Positions 1-19,000 of a stretch of 64,000 nt of DNA are shown here, piece after piece. The stretch is from Tubulanus polymorphus (Eukaryota > Animalia > Nemertea). The notes beneath the pieces were generated by a model that was not told the origin of the DNA, did no database searches, and was given only the letters and a program-made list of their open reading frames with translations. The stretch lies in contig NC_134028.1 of assembly GCF_964204645.1 (NCBI RefSeq), forward strand, positions 26,470,345 to 26,534,344, read 5' to 3'. The number at the start of each line of letters is the position of its first letter. Position 1 is the stretch's first letter. A program made the translations under genes and the position numbers.

Positions 1-325
1 TATATCTCATGAGATGAAGCCTATATCTCATGAGATGAAGCCTATATCTCATGAGATGAAGCCTATATCTCATGAGATGAAGCCTATATCTCATGAGATG
101 TAGCCTATATCTCATGAGATGTAGCCTATATCTCATGAGATGAAGCCTATATCTCATGAGATGTAGCCTATATCTCATGAGATGAAGCCTATATCTCATG
201 AGATGAAGCCTATATCTCATGAGATGTAGCCTATATCTCATGAGATGAAGCCTATATCTCATGAGATGAAGCCTATATCTCATGAGATGTAGCCTATATC
301 TCATGAGATGTAGCCTGTATCTCAT
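1..325. repeat. 21-bp minisatellite (TATATCTCATGAGATGWAGCC)n, about 15 copies, truncated by window start; intronic in BTAF1
   Basis: Unit recurs with period 21; each unit contains the 12-bp palindrome ATCTCATGAGAT. Confidence 0.95.
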
Positions 326-615
326 TTAGATATACTGGGTTTTCTCGTCGGTATTTTGTCTATTAGTTTTCATCTGATATTGATCATTTTGGGATATTTC
401 GCTTAATTACTTTGAACACATACCTCAATTTGGTTTCAATATGACCGGTGAAACTATGCTGTCTGAATAAACCATCGTTTTATATCCATTTTACACTATG
501 TAAAGTTTCAGTGGTCGTAATAAGACCAATTAGAGGTATCTGTTCAAAAGATTAAGCGAAATATCTGAAAAAAAGTCGATCCACGACATTAACTTGTGAC
601 GGTGTTGAATTTTAG

Positions 616-7457
<6,842 letters not shown>

Positions 7458-7662
7458 TTCCTGAACGGATACCGTATCTTCATTTGACAAACTTATCATT
7501 TCACGCAAAGAGTTGAGCACGACATTAAGTGGACTTCTTATCCTCACTGCGTTCACATTGTTCACATACTATTTATCCACTGTGACTTTTGTTTGCGATC
7601 AAATAACCATTTTCAGCCTGGGCCAAATATGGCCCATGCCAGATTTTAGGCCTAGGCCAACT

Positions 7663-7725
7663 GTTCACACTGAGTTCACACTGAGTTCACACTGAGTTCA
7701 CACTGAGTTCACACTGAGTTCACAC
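7663..7725. repeat. 11-bp tandem repeat (GTTCACACTGA)x~5 downstream of the BTAF1 stop
   Basis: Direct inspection. Confidence 0.9.
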
Positions 7726-8795
7726 GACAGCCTGTTTGACACATTCAGCACGCGAATCAAATTATTCCATATGAATGCTTATTGACTCCAGAAGTGCTCA
7801 CCTCACTTGCCATTGCATCGTTTTGATAACAAGTGAGTAATTTACGTGTGAATGCGCCCTCTAATTAAGAACAGGCCAAATTTGACTCGGTCTGGTCTGA
7901 GTAAATTGTGTTGATAAAGCGGTGATGGCGTCTTTTACCTAAGTTATCTCGAGGAGCTGATATGAGGTCACGTAAAAATACACATGCGGTCAGATATATA
8001 GACTTGATTCATCACGTGATGCGCCATTAATTGATTAAGTTGAGTGACTTATGCTCGAAAATCATTTCAATAATTAGTTAGATCTATCTATGCATAATAA
8101 AGGTAATAATTACTTGTGCTCAATAGGATGCTCTCACGTTTCATGATATTTACTGTTGTCTATTCTACGAGAATAAAGCGATTATTGTATGAAATTAGTG
8201 AATTTTTCTGATTATTGTGAGTGGATGCTGAATAAGGTTAAGACCGTAGTTTACGTCACTTCTATGCAGTGTTATTCCAAAGGTTATGGGAACAGCCATT
8301 CGGGACACTTTAACAGTACAATATTATTTTGGGCACTCTTTCCAGCAGCAACTAAAGCAGTTTGTAGCCTGGAAATGCACTGAAATTTCCCAGACCCTTG
8401 TTTGCCCTTTTTCAGTGTATACGCCTTTTCATTTCTTTGTGCTCCCATCAAAGTTTGCTCCTGCAAATAGTCTTATCTAGAACTGGTGGAATTATTAGAT
8501 GTGATTCACCATTACGGATCAACAAGACTCGGCAGTTGGTGTTTGCTATGGCTATATAGATGCTCCTTCAAGACCCAAACCTCATCATGACCAAAACTGC
8601 CAATATCTGAAGCAAATTTTCCACTGTTCTTTCCAATAGTAGCGAGCGAGAGCACCACCTCAAATTGGATAATCAAAGACGAAAAACCCCAAAAAAGTTG
8701 ATTTAACGAATCGAGTTTAATTTAACGTAATCATCTATAAAATACAATCTACACATTATAATTGTTACACAACACACAATTCCGGCTAGAAAAGA

Positions 8796-9583
8796 TCAGT
8801 TGTATAAATCTGGTTTATCTTTCTTCATGGAATCCGGACGAATGACTGTAACGAAACAAAACAATCAAACAGTTCATTTCTGTAGTTTATTAAGATTTGT
8901 TCCATACACTCAAAGCTTGTTGTAACGCCAACTTCAGGACCTGAGAAAATATGGCACGGTACAATAATGAATTTATTACGAGGTATGGGTCCAACAAATA
9001 ATGCCCTGGTGTTAGGCCTATAACAAGCTTTGTGTATGTGTCTTTGAGGTTTGATTCTCTAATTCATTTACCAGTATATTCGTATCTGTATTTGTGAAAG
9101 TCATCATAGTTTTTAGTGATTCTGTATAATCCTAAACCAGCAAAGACAAAACCTGAAATCAGAAAAATATTCAATTTAAGACTCAACAAATGGCATCAGT
9201 TGAAAAATATATTAGAACCTACCATTACCTACCTACACCACAATAGATCAGCGATCCCATCACTTCAGGGATTTGATGCCATCCTTGTTTGAAAATCGAA
9301 ATACCTGTAAGTAGAATTCAGAATACAAGTCATCTTGAGAAGTGCTTATACTCAACACCGTTTTCGAGTCGACTCTGGAAAGTGAGGTATTGGTCTAGAA
9401 ACTGCATTCGAACTCAGATTTCGAGGCATATCACAAAACTAAAATGTTTCATTAAAGTTCTATTTGAATGCTCTCATCGTGATTAACATTATGATTTGTT
9501 AAATCGGTAAATTCATATAAAAATAAATGAACAGTGTGAATAATAAACGAAAATTTCATCTGAAAGTTACCTTTAGACGCCAT
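8796..9583 (-). CDS. NDUFA3: ~71-aa single-pass protein, NADH dehydrogenase (complex I) accessory subunit NDUFA3-like; exons 9583-9571, 9304-9233, 9152-9072, 8845-8796
   Basis: Three phase-1 GT-AG introns join to give MASKGISIFKQGWHQIPEVMGSLIYCGVGFVFAGLGLYRITKNYDDFHKYRYEYTVIRPDSMKKDKPDLYN*. The W-x-x-IP-[ED] + TM helix + Y-K/R-x-x-Y-x-V-x-R pattern resembles the Drosophila NDUFA3 equivalent as I recall it. Confidence 0.75.
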
Positions 9584-10039
9584 TTTGACTTTACTAATTA
9601 CCGAAATGTTAAAGCAATTTTATTTGCTTTTTTATTGTGAAATGCAAAGATTCCGAGGGTTTATTACCACTGAATTGAATTTATGCTCATTTAATATTTT
9701 TTTGATTAATTATTGTATTTTGCGATAGATCATTCGAAAATGCGTGTATCATGTCGGGCTAGACTGGTTGCCTGTCCAATTCTGAGTTGGACTGGTTCAG
9801 TTGGCGCAGAATTGGACAGGCGACCAGTCTAACTCTGAGTCAGAGACCGATTACCAGTCTAAATAAGTATTTCGTATCTGTTTTGTTTGGCAGCTAGTAC
9901 GTCCAACCGGAACGCTTCGGAGAATAAGAACCAGGAAGTGAACAACTATTTTACTAATTTTATCCCGTTTTGAACCACTATGACGACTCGTTTTATCAAT
10001 AATTAATAGATTAAATAGTCGGTTAATTAAAGAATCAAA
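9584..10039. promoter_or_regulatory. Probable bidirectional promoter / 5' UTR region between NDUFA3-like (-) and cytohesin (+)
   Basis: Head-to-head ATGs 456 nt apart; ETS-type CAGGAAGTG at ~9932-9940; YY1-type AAAATGGCG overlapping the NDUFA3-like start codon. Confidence 0.6.
9760..9831. mobile_element. Short palindromic MITE-like element with TAGACT...AGTCTA termini
   Basis: 25-bp arms 9760-9784 and 9807-9831 are reverse complements with 1 mismatch; an extra half-arm ends near 9861. Confidence 0.6.
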
Positions 10040-13000
10040 ATGGAAGCAAATTTCAATATGTCTGGTAAGTGTTTTAGATTGTCATTTTTTCAACTTTCAG
10101 TTCAACTTCACCCACCAGTGACTCAGTGCCTAGCAGCACTTGCTTATAGTAGGCAGTGGCAGTGGCAGTGTATGGTGTCCTAGCGTTCACAGATACACCA
10201 CCAACCAACATTAGGCCTACAATTCCACTGCCTAAAATCCTTAACCTGATTTATAAATAATACACAGCTGGTAATAGAAAACAACTATATTGATACACAA
10301 TATTTTACTTGTTCAGATATGTCTCGCCTAAAGCTGTAGGGTTTAAATCGAGCATCCGATTCTAGGATTTGTGTGGGGGAGACCAGTGTTACCATTACCA
10401 TCTATAATCAATGTATAATCATGTCTAACTATGCAGGGCTGTCTGTTTTAAATGTTGAAGGCTTCAGATTTTCTAAAACAGATTTAAGAGTTGTTAGTGT
10501 AAGCTGCACACGTTGGATATACCTTATTTTACTAAAAACAAACAGTTTGTTAATGTAAAAAAGTAATCATTTAGAGGAGGCCTGAATTGTGATAATAATG
10601 TCGCAATCTTTTGCTGAATACAAACTGTGATTGCGATATTTTCAGATCTAACGTTGGAGGAGCAGGAGCTACTGTTGGGTATCAGGAAACGTAAGGAGCA
10701 ACTCCTCCTCGAGATTCAGGTGAATATTTCTTCATTCTTTCATAGTTGTATCCGATGAACTTTACTGATCTATGAAATATTCTTATCACTTTATCATTTG
10801 TAGCAATTGAAAGATGAAATTGCAGAAGTTACGAGTGAAATGGAAATGATTGATGTTAACGATGATAGGTAAGAAAGTTTACATTTCCACTTGAAACAAG
10901 CTCTAGTCAGCAGCTGCTTGGCTGGCAAGTCATTTATTTGAAGATTGTGATATTGCTTGTTCGTGAATTTGATTATGGGACAGCCCCTCCTAATCTCCCT
11001 CTCGAGTGTTAACACTTGTGATGATAGACTGCTTGAAGAATGGTCTGAGCGAGGACTGTATGAAAAAATTTGTCGAAATTAAGTCATGAAATTTTACTAA
11101 AAAAGTCGTGGAGAGTCACGTACGTAATATGAGATCGGTCATGGAGGCTATGAACCTTGAAATGATAATGATGATGATGATAGTTACCATTTGTCAATTA
11201 GGGCTGATGGGTTCAGAGTATTTCACAATTTACTTCTTCCTCAATTTGAACGTTTAAGTTCAGGCGAAATACATTTAGCCAGTTTCGGAAAATATATAGT
11301 TAAGAAGAATTTCTAGTGTCAGTCAGTCAGGAATAAACTAAAAAGCTAAAAATCATTTCAGCCTTATACTACTACCAAGTGGTCGAGTGTCGGATTAGGA
11401 ATTCATGAATTGCCTATTAATTTGTTTCATGTTGAGTTTCTATTGACTGATTATGGATTTACAGTTAATAAGAGTATAGACCTATGTAGAGTTTATTATG
11501 AGACGTGTATGTCACAGTGTAGTGAATATAAACCCGCGTTAGAACAATCAATGTTTATTTGTCCTAGTTATAGTGAATATACGGGGCCGGATATTGTTTA
11601 TCTGTGTAAGTATGCGATGTAGGAGGATTGAATCATAATATATCCTGACTCCATAACAAACTTCGTACTTTAGTTCAAGCATCTATCAGACTTTGTGATA
11701 GATATGTTTTGAAACACAGAGTCCCATGATGTATATTATTGCCTCGTTTCACATATGGAACAAAGTATTTTTGATGGTGTCTCAAAAATAAACTCGTTCA
11801 GTTGCTGGTTAGAAATAGATTCATATTTTTGGCACCAATTCATTGATAGATCTCTTCGTAAATAGAATTCATGAAATGAACACCAGTTTCAACTTGTCTG
11901 TGGTTGGTCAGGTTGAAGAGTTGGTCACCTGGTGCAAACTGTTAGGGGTCAGTCTGTTATTCAGCCAGTACAGTTACCTGATTAACCCTAGGGTTGATCA
12001 AAATCTAGGGGTATGGCTATTAGTGAAGAGGTGGCGTGGCCTAGAAGTGACTACATCATTAGGGGTCAGTCTGTACAGCTAGGTTTACATTTACCTTATC
12101 AACCCTAGGGTTACACGGTAATGGACCTCCACTCTCATAAGAGTTTTTTAGCCCTAGGGTTGTTGTAATTGGTTCCACCCTTGGTAGACAATTTAACAAC
12201 CGAACCCTCACAAGGGACAGTTTCACCTCACAGGAGACAGTTTAACCTCACGGGAGGCAGTTTCACCTCACGGGAGGCAGTTTTACCTCACGGGAGGCAG
12301 TTTCACCTCACGGGAAGCAGTTTCACCTCGCGGGAGGCAGTTTCACCTCACGGGAGGCAGTTTCACCTCACGGGAGGCAGTTTCACCTCACGGGAGACAG
12401 TTTCCCATGTGAGGCAGGCTGTGTGATCTCAGCACAGCTTGTTGTGTTTTACAATGAACAGCTACGTGCTCAGTGTACAGTGTCTGTTCCGTTCTCTCTC
12501 CTCACTTTGTTAATAATGATGCTAGTGGTAACACACAATAATGAGTTGAGTCTAAAACTGTCTCTACTCCTCACATAATCAACGATTCATGTGGATTGAA
12601 ATGTTTATCGGATTTACACCTGGATTTTTATTTTATGTTCGGACGGATGATAATTATTAGTTACTCATGATGCCGTATTATAGGTGAGCTATAGTAATAA
12701 CCACTCGGGAGCTGAGTCTCGCGGAGCTGAGTCTCACGGAGCCGAGTCTCGCAGGTCATTCAAATTGTGTATCGATTAAACTCTGCGAATGTTTATGAAA
12801 AATTATGAAAAAAAGATGGATTGATATAAGTTTTGAGTTTGAACGCGAATATAACCGTTCCTGGTTAAAACCATTGTTACGAGTGGAACTAAAACCAACA
12901 ACAAGCGCAATCACAAACTTTCATCATTAATGTTTCATTTGATAAGCGTTAGATTTTCTGCTTCCTAAAAAAAGAATGGAGCCGTTATTTTATATAATGC

Positions 13001-16000
13001 CATGAGTTAGAAGAGTATGTATACTACATGTATTATAGTAGGTTAATGGTTAATGGTTTTCCATTTCGATTAATGTTTCGTCCCAGATATCGAAATCACA
13101 ATAGAACTAAACGTTGATAATGAAGAGTGATTATTATCGGATATTTTGAGTGGTTTGATAATTAATGTGATTAGTTCTGGAGGCCTCGTATGTGATTGAA
13201 CCAACGGATACTGAGTAATAGTTAATAACAAAACACAAAGTCGTGATGATTGTTTATTTCCTGACCGTTTTTTAACTAAATCTTTAATCAGTTTTTTGGT
13301 TTCTCTGATGATGAGGTTTAGTCAAGACTTCAAAACTGTCAGAATAATTGTTAAATCATCAACAGTGGTTTTGCAGTTTTTTTGGAAAATAAATAGTTAA
13401 ATCATCATCAGCTGTGGGTTGCTTTTATTAACATTGAATAATGAGATTAGTATCAGTGCTACCAGTCATAACTAGTTCGTGTATTACTCAATGAAACCAT
13501 GGACGTATAAACTATAGTTTATACGTCCATGATGAAACCTGGTTGAACCCTGTGTAGAACCCGATAATACACGGCGACCGTTCTCATCACTTTGTCACCT
13601 TTTTCTGTTATTTTATTCATGTTTTGTACGCGATAATGGTTGCACTTTGAAAATGATGTCAAAAGCTTCTCGAACATAAGAACTTCCTTTTTATCGTCGG
13701 TCGGTGGATGTACGCGTAGATCTGGTGGCTTTCTATCGACTCCGAGCTTTACACGAGATGCTCTTGATATATTTTTGAAAATGTCTCTTAGTCGTGTCAG
13801 GAATACCGGTGCGACGACGATGCACCGGTTTCAACCGGTTTCAGCAACGACTGGCGGCTTTTTCGACGTAAAAATCTCTTTGTTTCGTGCAGTAACGTGT
13901 TCAGTAACAACACGTGTCTTTACTCGGTGTTTCCCCCCGTCGAGAATAATTGAAACACGAAGAGAAACAATAGAACAAAAGGTTTTAAGAGATGTCGTTT
14001 CATCGCTGGAAATATCGACATCGCTTGTGACTTTCTGTTTGAATTCTGTTCCCAGAGAGTTGAATCATGGACTCTAAATCGAAACCAGGTCTTTACAGGC
14101 CGAGCCTGTCTCATCTCATCTCAAATTCGAACAGTTTTTCAGTTGGATCCTGTCTCCTATTGTCTCAAATTTCAAAAGTTTACCATACCTAGCCTGTCAA
14201 CATGCTTCAAATCAGCTTCTCAGCATCTGTTATGTAACCGGACCTAGATTACAACTACTGTTTTTGAGAGTAGTTTCTTTTTCTGAGACCCGAAGAGATC
14301 AACTATTTCTGAGGACTCTGATAATCAGAACAATTAATGTCTTCAATTGAACGATTATTTTCAATATCGAACTACTCTCATGTATATATCAGGTAGTCTG
14401 GTATTTGTAGCAGGGTCGAGATATAGTCAGTCTCTGTTGTATGGGATTGTGTGTAAAATATCCATGAATGAAAATCGATCAGTTTGTTTCACGAGACGAG
14501 CAGGCTGTGGCATGTGTGTGTGTACGTATAATGTGACATCTGTACTAGAAATGAAATGAGACGATATTTGTTTTTTCATTCATTCACGATGAATCATACA
14601 TTTTCATGTATGAACATTGATTATTCTCTCTCAACTCTCTCCTCTTCTATACAGCTCTAGTATTATAAAGCCCGCATGTAATCACTCATTTTTAAGTGTA
14701 ATTATCAACATCGACAAAAATCTCAATACACACAACTAGAGATGAATCATTGAAACCCTGTTTAAATACAGATACACGATGATGCAGTTCCTCCGATACT
14801 GGACCCGTAGCACGCTGAATATGTGACTGGGTTTGTATTTAATTTGGTTGGAACCGAACGTGGGTCTGATGTACACGACCACTCCCCCCCCCCCAATCTT
14901 TAGGCGATCAAGTCATAGAAAAAACGCGATACAGACCCTGTGTCTGTATCGCGCCCTGTCAGACTCTGTGTCTGTATCACGCCCTGTCAGACCCTGTGTC
15001 TGTATCACGCCCTGTCAGACCCTGTGTCTGTATCACGCCCTGTCAGACCCTGTCTCTGTATCGCGCCCTGTCAGACCCTGTGTCTGTATCCGGTGTCATT
15101 TAAATGGTTACAAATGAATCATTCAGACTCATCAAACTGAAATGTTAGTATTTCAGCTCGCGCCGCCGCGGTGCAGCGCTGGGTAGTCATTTCTCTCCTC
15201 ATGTTAAAGCCATTAATCCTGTCGAGAAGTGATTGTGAATTATTTTGATGTTAATGTCGGCTCCTCATTGTCGCTGGGTTCTCTGTCGCCAGCCCCTTTA
15301 GTCTGCGCCCGCCCGCCTGCCCGCAGATCCGCGTGGTTCCGTTGTTTTTATAAATGAGTCTCATTAGTGTATGTGTTGAATGTCTGACTGTGTCGTCTGC
15401 TGATTAATGTATTCTCTCTCGACTGACTCTGCATACAGCTTACCATTCCAGCTTGACCATTAAATCATCGATTCATCCGGTTTCAAATACATCGAAAACT
15501 CATTCAGATATCATCGATGGTATATTTGGCAGTAGTTTTTACTCTCTTTTAGAGTTTAGCTACTTCCAAAAATATCAAAATACCTTCGAAATCAGAATAG
15601 TGATTCTAGTTCATTTCGAATTAAACTCTACTTTTTTATGTCAACTTTCTCTTTGATGAAAACTTCTATAAATGATTAGAGATGTCTAGTTGGTGCTAGA
15701 CTCTGGTGCAACTAGTGTCTGGAAGGTCTCTCCTCGTTCCTGGCTGCAGTAATCACTTGAAAATAATGAAATTGAATAAGTACAAGTTGCAGGTGCAACT
15801 GAAGCGTCAGTCTTAGAATAGAAGAAAATTGTTTTCTTCGAATGACCTTGTCTTGTTCAGTTAGGTTTCTCTGTAGGTTGTATTACAAGTTAGAACTGAC
15901 AGCTATCTCTTTCTCCTCTTTCCTACAGTTAGTTACCTCGGTTTAGTTCTCAGCCCCTGTTGTTGAATTTGTACGTTTTTTCACTAAAATACTCGAGGTA

Positions 16001-19000
16001 TTTCGGAACAGCCATTAACCAGCTCGACATAAACAACTGTTTCTCTACGATATCTGTCGGAAAAAAATGTTGATTGGAAAAAAAACTTTTCTCATCATTT
16101 TTATTTCATTGATAATTACGACCGACCATAGGATGTTTGCGTTATAATAATAACGTTGCAGGGAAACAGGGAAACATGTGCGTCTGGTTACGATGTATGT
16201 AAATGACACTCGAGGGACTCAGTTATACATGGAATACGTCATGTCTGCGTTCGTTACGTGGATCATTCGCTCGCTAGCTCCTCGCGTCAATGTTCTACGA
16301 AACAATTCTCAAATCACTCGTAAATATCGATTTATATATTACATAATTCTCCAGTCAGATCCCTGGGACGACGCACTGCAACTCAAACAATCACATCCTG
16401 CTTCATGAATCCTGCAACGTGGCAGTAACAGACAGTTGAATCCTTGCTGAACTCGCTGCCTGGTTTGGAGAATATAGTTGATTTTTGTATTACAGAGAGT
16501 AGGAATGTATGTTTTTCAAAATCAGTTAAAAAGTGACTCATCAAACAGTGATGCTCCTCACAGCTCGCCACTACGTATCTATAACAACATTCCTTAGAGA
16601 AGTAATTTCAAAACTTAGCGTTCTCTGTCGCTCTCTCTCAATCAATATCATCGTCAAGAGTTTGATCAAATATTGACCAAATTCAACGTATTTTCAAACC
16701 GAGCCTCGTCAACCTATCTCCATAGATATCGGTAAATAGGTTAAGTCTATATATCTTTGTATATCTAAAGATGATTATGCAATAGATTCTATAGACTCAA
16801 CATGGTTTACACATTAATCGATCATTCACCTCATATTTGCTCTTTTCTGTTTAAACATGGAATTGTCATTAGTTTCATACGGTCTAATTATCAGGTTTCA
16901 GATAATTCGTGATATTCTGCTCACAGTCGATAATTAATGGAATGATACAAATTTACGAGTTGCTACGACACCCTGATTTAATGATAATAAATCCCACAAT
17001 TAAAGTGAAATTAAAATGTTTGTGGAAACGGTCATGTTTCGGCTAAGCAATCCAAGGTTCATATACCAGTCTTGAAAATCCTGGGAATGTTATGGAAATT
17101 ATTTTTCAAAGCGTGGAGAAATAATGATATTTTAAGTTTTGTGTCTGAAGCAAACCTATGGAATTTTAGATGATGAACTATTTTTCCTTGCGGTTTTAAT
17201 ACTGTAGCCCTTGTAGTATTTTCATTAACTTTCAATTCTGCCTCATTTAAAAGTTTTGGAATTTAGGATATAAGATCCTGGACAAGGTATGGAAATCAAA
17301 GACTGTAAATGGTATGAACCCTGAAAGAGAGAGAGAGCCATCATCAGGTGCAACCCCACGTCTTGAAGCCTGAAGATTATTGTTCAGCGTTTGTCACGAT
17401 GGGGCAAACAGTGCACTTTTGTTTTGTCTGTTATAAGATGATTTTACCTTGAACCGGTTTGAGCTAGTCATCGAAGACACAGCGCTAACGATGTACTTTT
17501 TACTGCACAAATGTCCTTTTAACCTCTGTGAACGTGAGTAAGAGTCAGAGGAGGCAAATTGACTGTCACTAAACCGCGTACGCTGTAGTTCCCTAAGTGG
17601 AAAACATCGCTGCAGATTCCTTATTTCATTATCACTCATACATTTATCAACTCGATCAATCTATTATTTGTTTATCGAGTATTCAGGCATCTGAATCAAT
17701 CAAACAAAACCTCAATATCACCCCTCCTCTATATCCCCCCCTCCTCTATATCCCTCTCACGCATTGATGGTAAATTCTTGTTTGAAACGAGCTTATAGAA
17801 CAGAGACTGAAGTCCATCATTCAGTGATGCTCATAGACTGTGAATTCCATCCTAATTGAGAAGGAAATTGTAAAATAGTTTTAATAGTTTTCAGATAGGC
17901 CTATATCTGTTTGATATTTTTCATTTCTCACATCTGGTCAGTGTTTGTGGTAAGTTTTAATGATCAGCTATTTGTTGGTCAGTATCGATGGTCAGTATCG
18001 ATTGTCAGTTTCTAATGGTCAGTGTTGGTATCAGTTTCGTTGGTCAGTTTTTAGGGTCAGTAGTGATGGTCACTTTTATAATGGTCAGTGTTGGTTGACA
18101 GTGTTATGATGGTCAGTGTTGTTGATCAGACAGAGTAAGGATAACTCTTCGCTCTCATCTCATTTGTATTCATCATCCATGATTCAGGTTAATAAATCAC
18201 TAGTATTTCACGGTATCTGACTGGACGACGCGTAGCTGCGTTTACCCTCTCTCCCAGTTACCCGCAGTTACCCTTACCGATCCATCGCGATAAAACTGAA
18301 CTATTTGTTAAAGCGATAGCATCGGTGTGGGAGTGAGTGTCATGTGACTATATCGCGTTCGGGAGTGTCGTGTCACTATATATCGCACGTTCCCTATTGA
18401 CTGAGTTTCATGTGTGAATTGTCGCTGTTTTTTTTTTCGTTTATATTTGCGAGCACATCGTTTATCGGTTGACATTGAGTGTAGAGAGAACTGTACAGGA
18501 GTTGACACACACACAGTCTCTCTCTCGCGCGGTGCTGCGCTCAGTATCACTACTGTCAGCACTCTCGGCTCATATTCCTGTTTAAAGTTGTACAACTTTG
18601 AGTCAATTAATCTTATCTGTGGATTTATACTTACACTAAACAGGATTAACTCAGCGGATTAACCGCAGCACTATCGGGAGTATATAGAACAGTGTATACT
18701 GATCGGTGTTCGGTCAATAGTTCTCATAGATTAGATGCTTGTTGGGTTCGTTAGCTCACTTAAGATTGTTATGTGATGTAATCAAGAGTATCGATATGCC
18801 AGTGGCCAGTTATACAGTGGTCATTTAGGTGGTCAGTGATACAGTGGTCATTTAGTTGGTCAGTTCAGTGGTCAGCAATATAGCAGTCAGTTAGTTGGTC
18901 AGTGATACAGTGGTCAGTTAGTTGGTCAGTGATACAGTGGTCAGTTAGTTGGTCAGTTTGATGAGATTCTGGTGTTCTGTAGTTGACCACTTGAATATCT

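Noticed and set aside
8189-8690. Cluster of short ORFs between BTAF1 and the NDUFA3-like gene
   Set aside because: No splice-consistent model or recognisable peptide; possibly decayed repeat sequence
13640-14077. 145-aa ORF in the long cytohesin intron
   Set aside because: No recognisable domain and no in-frame phase-2 donor to join the Sec7 exon; could be untranslated alternative 5' sequence but unsupported
16619-16731. Open frame ending at a phase-2 donor CG|GTAAAT in the cytohesin intron
   Set aside because: No ATG, and the upstream AG is weak and in the wrong phase for a cassette exon
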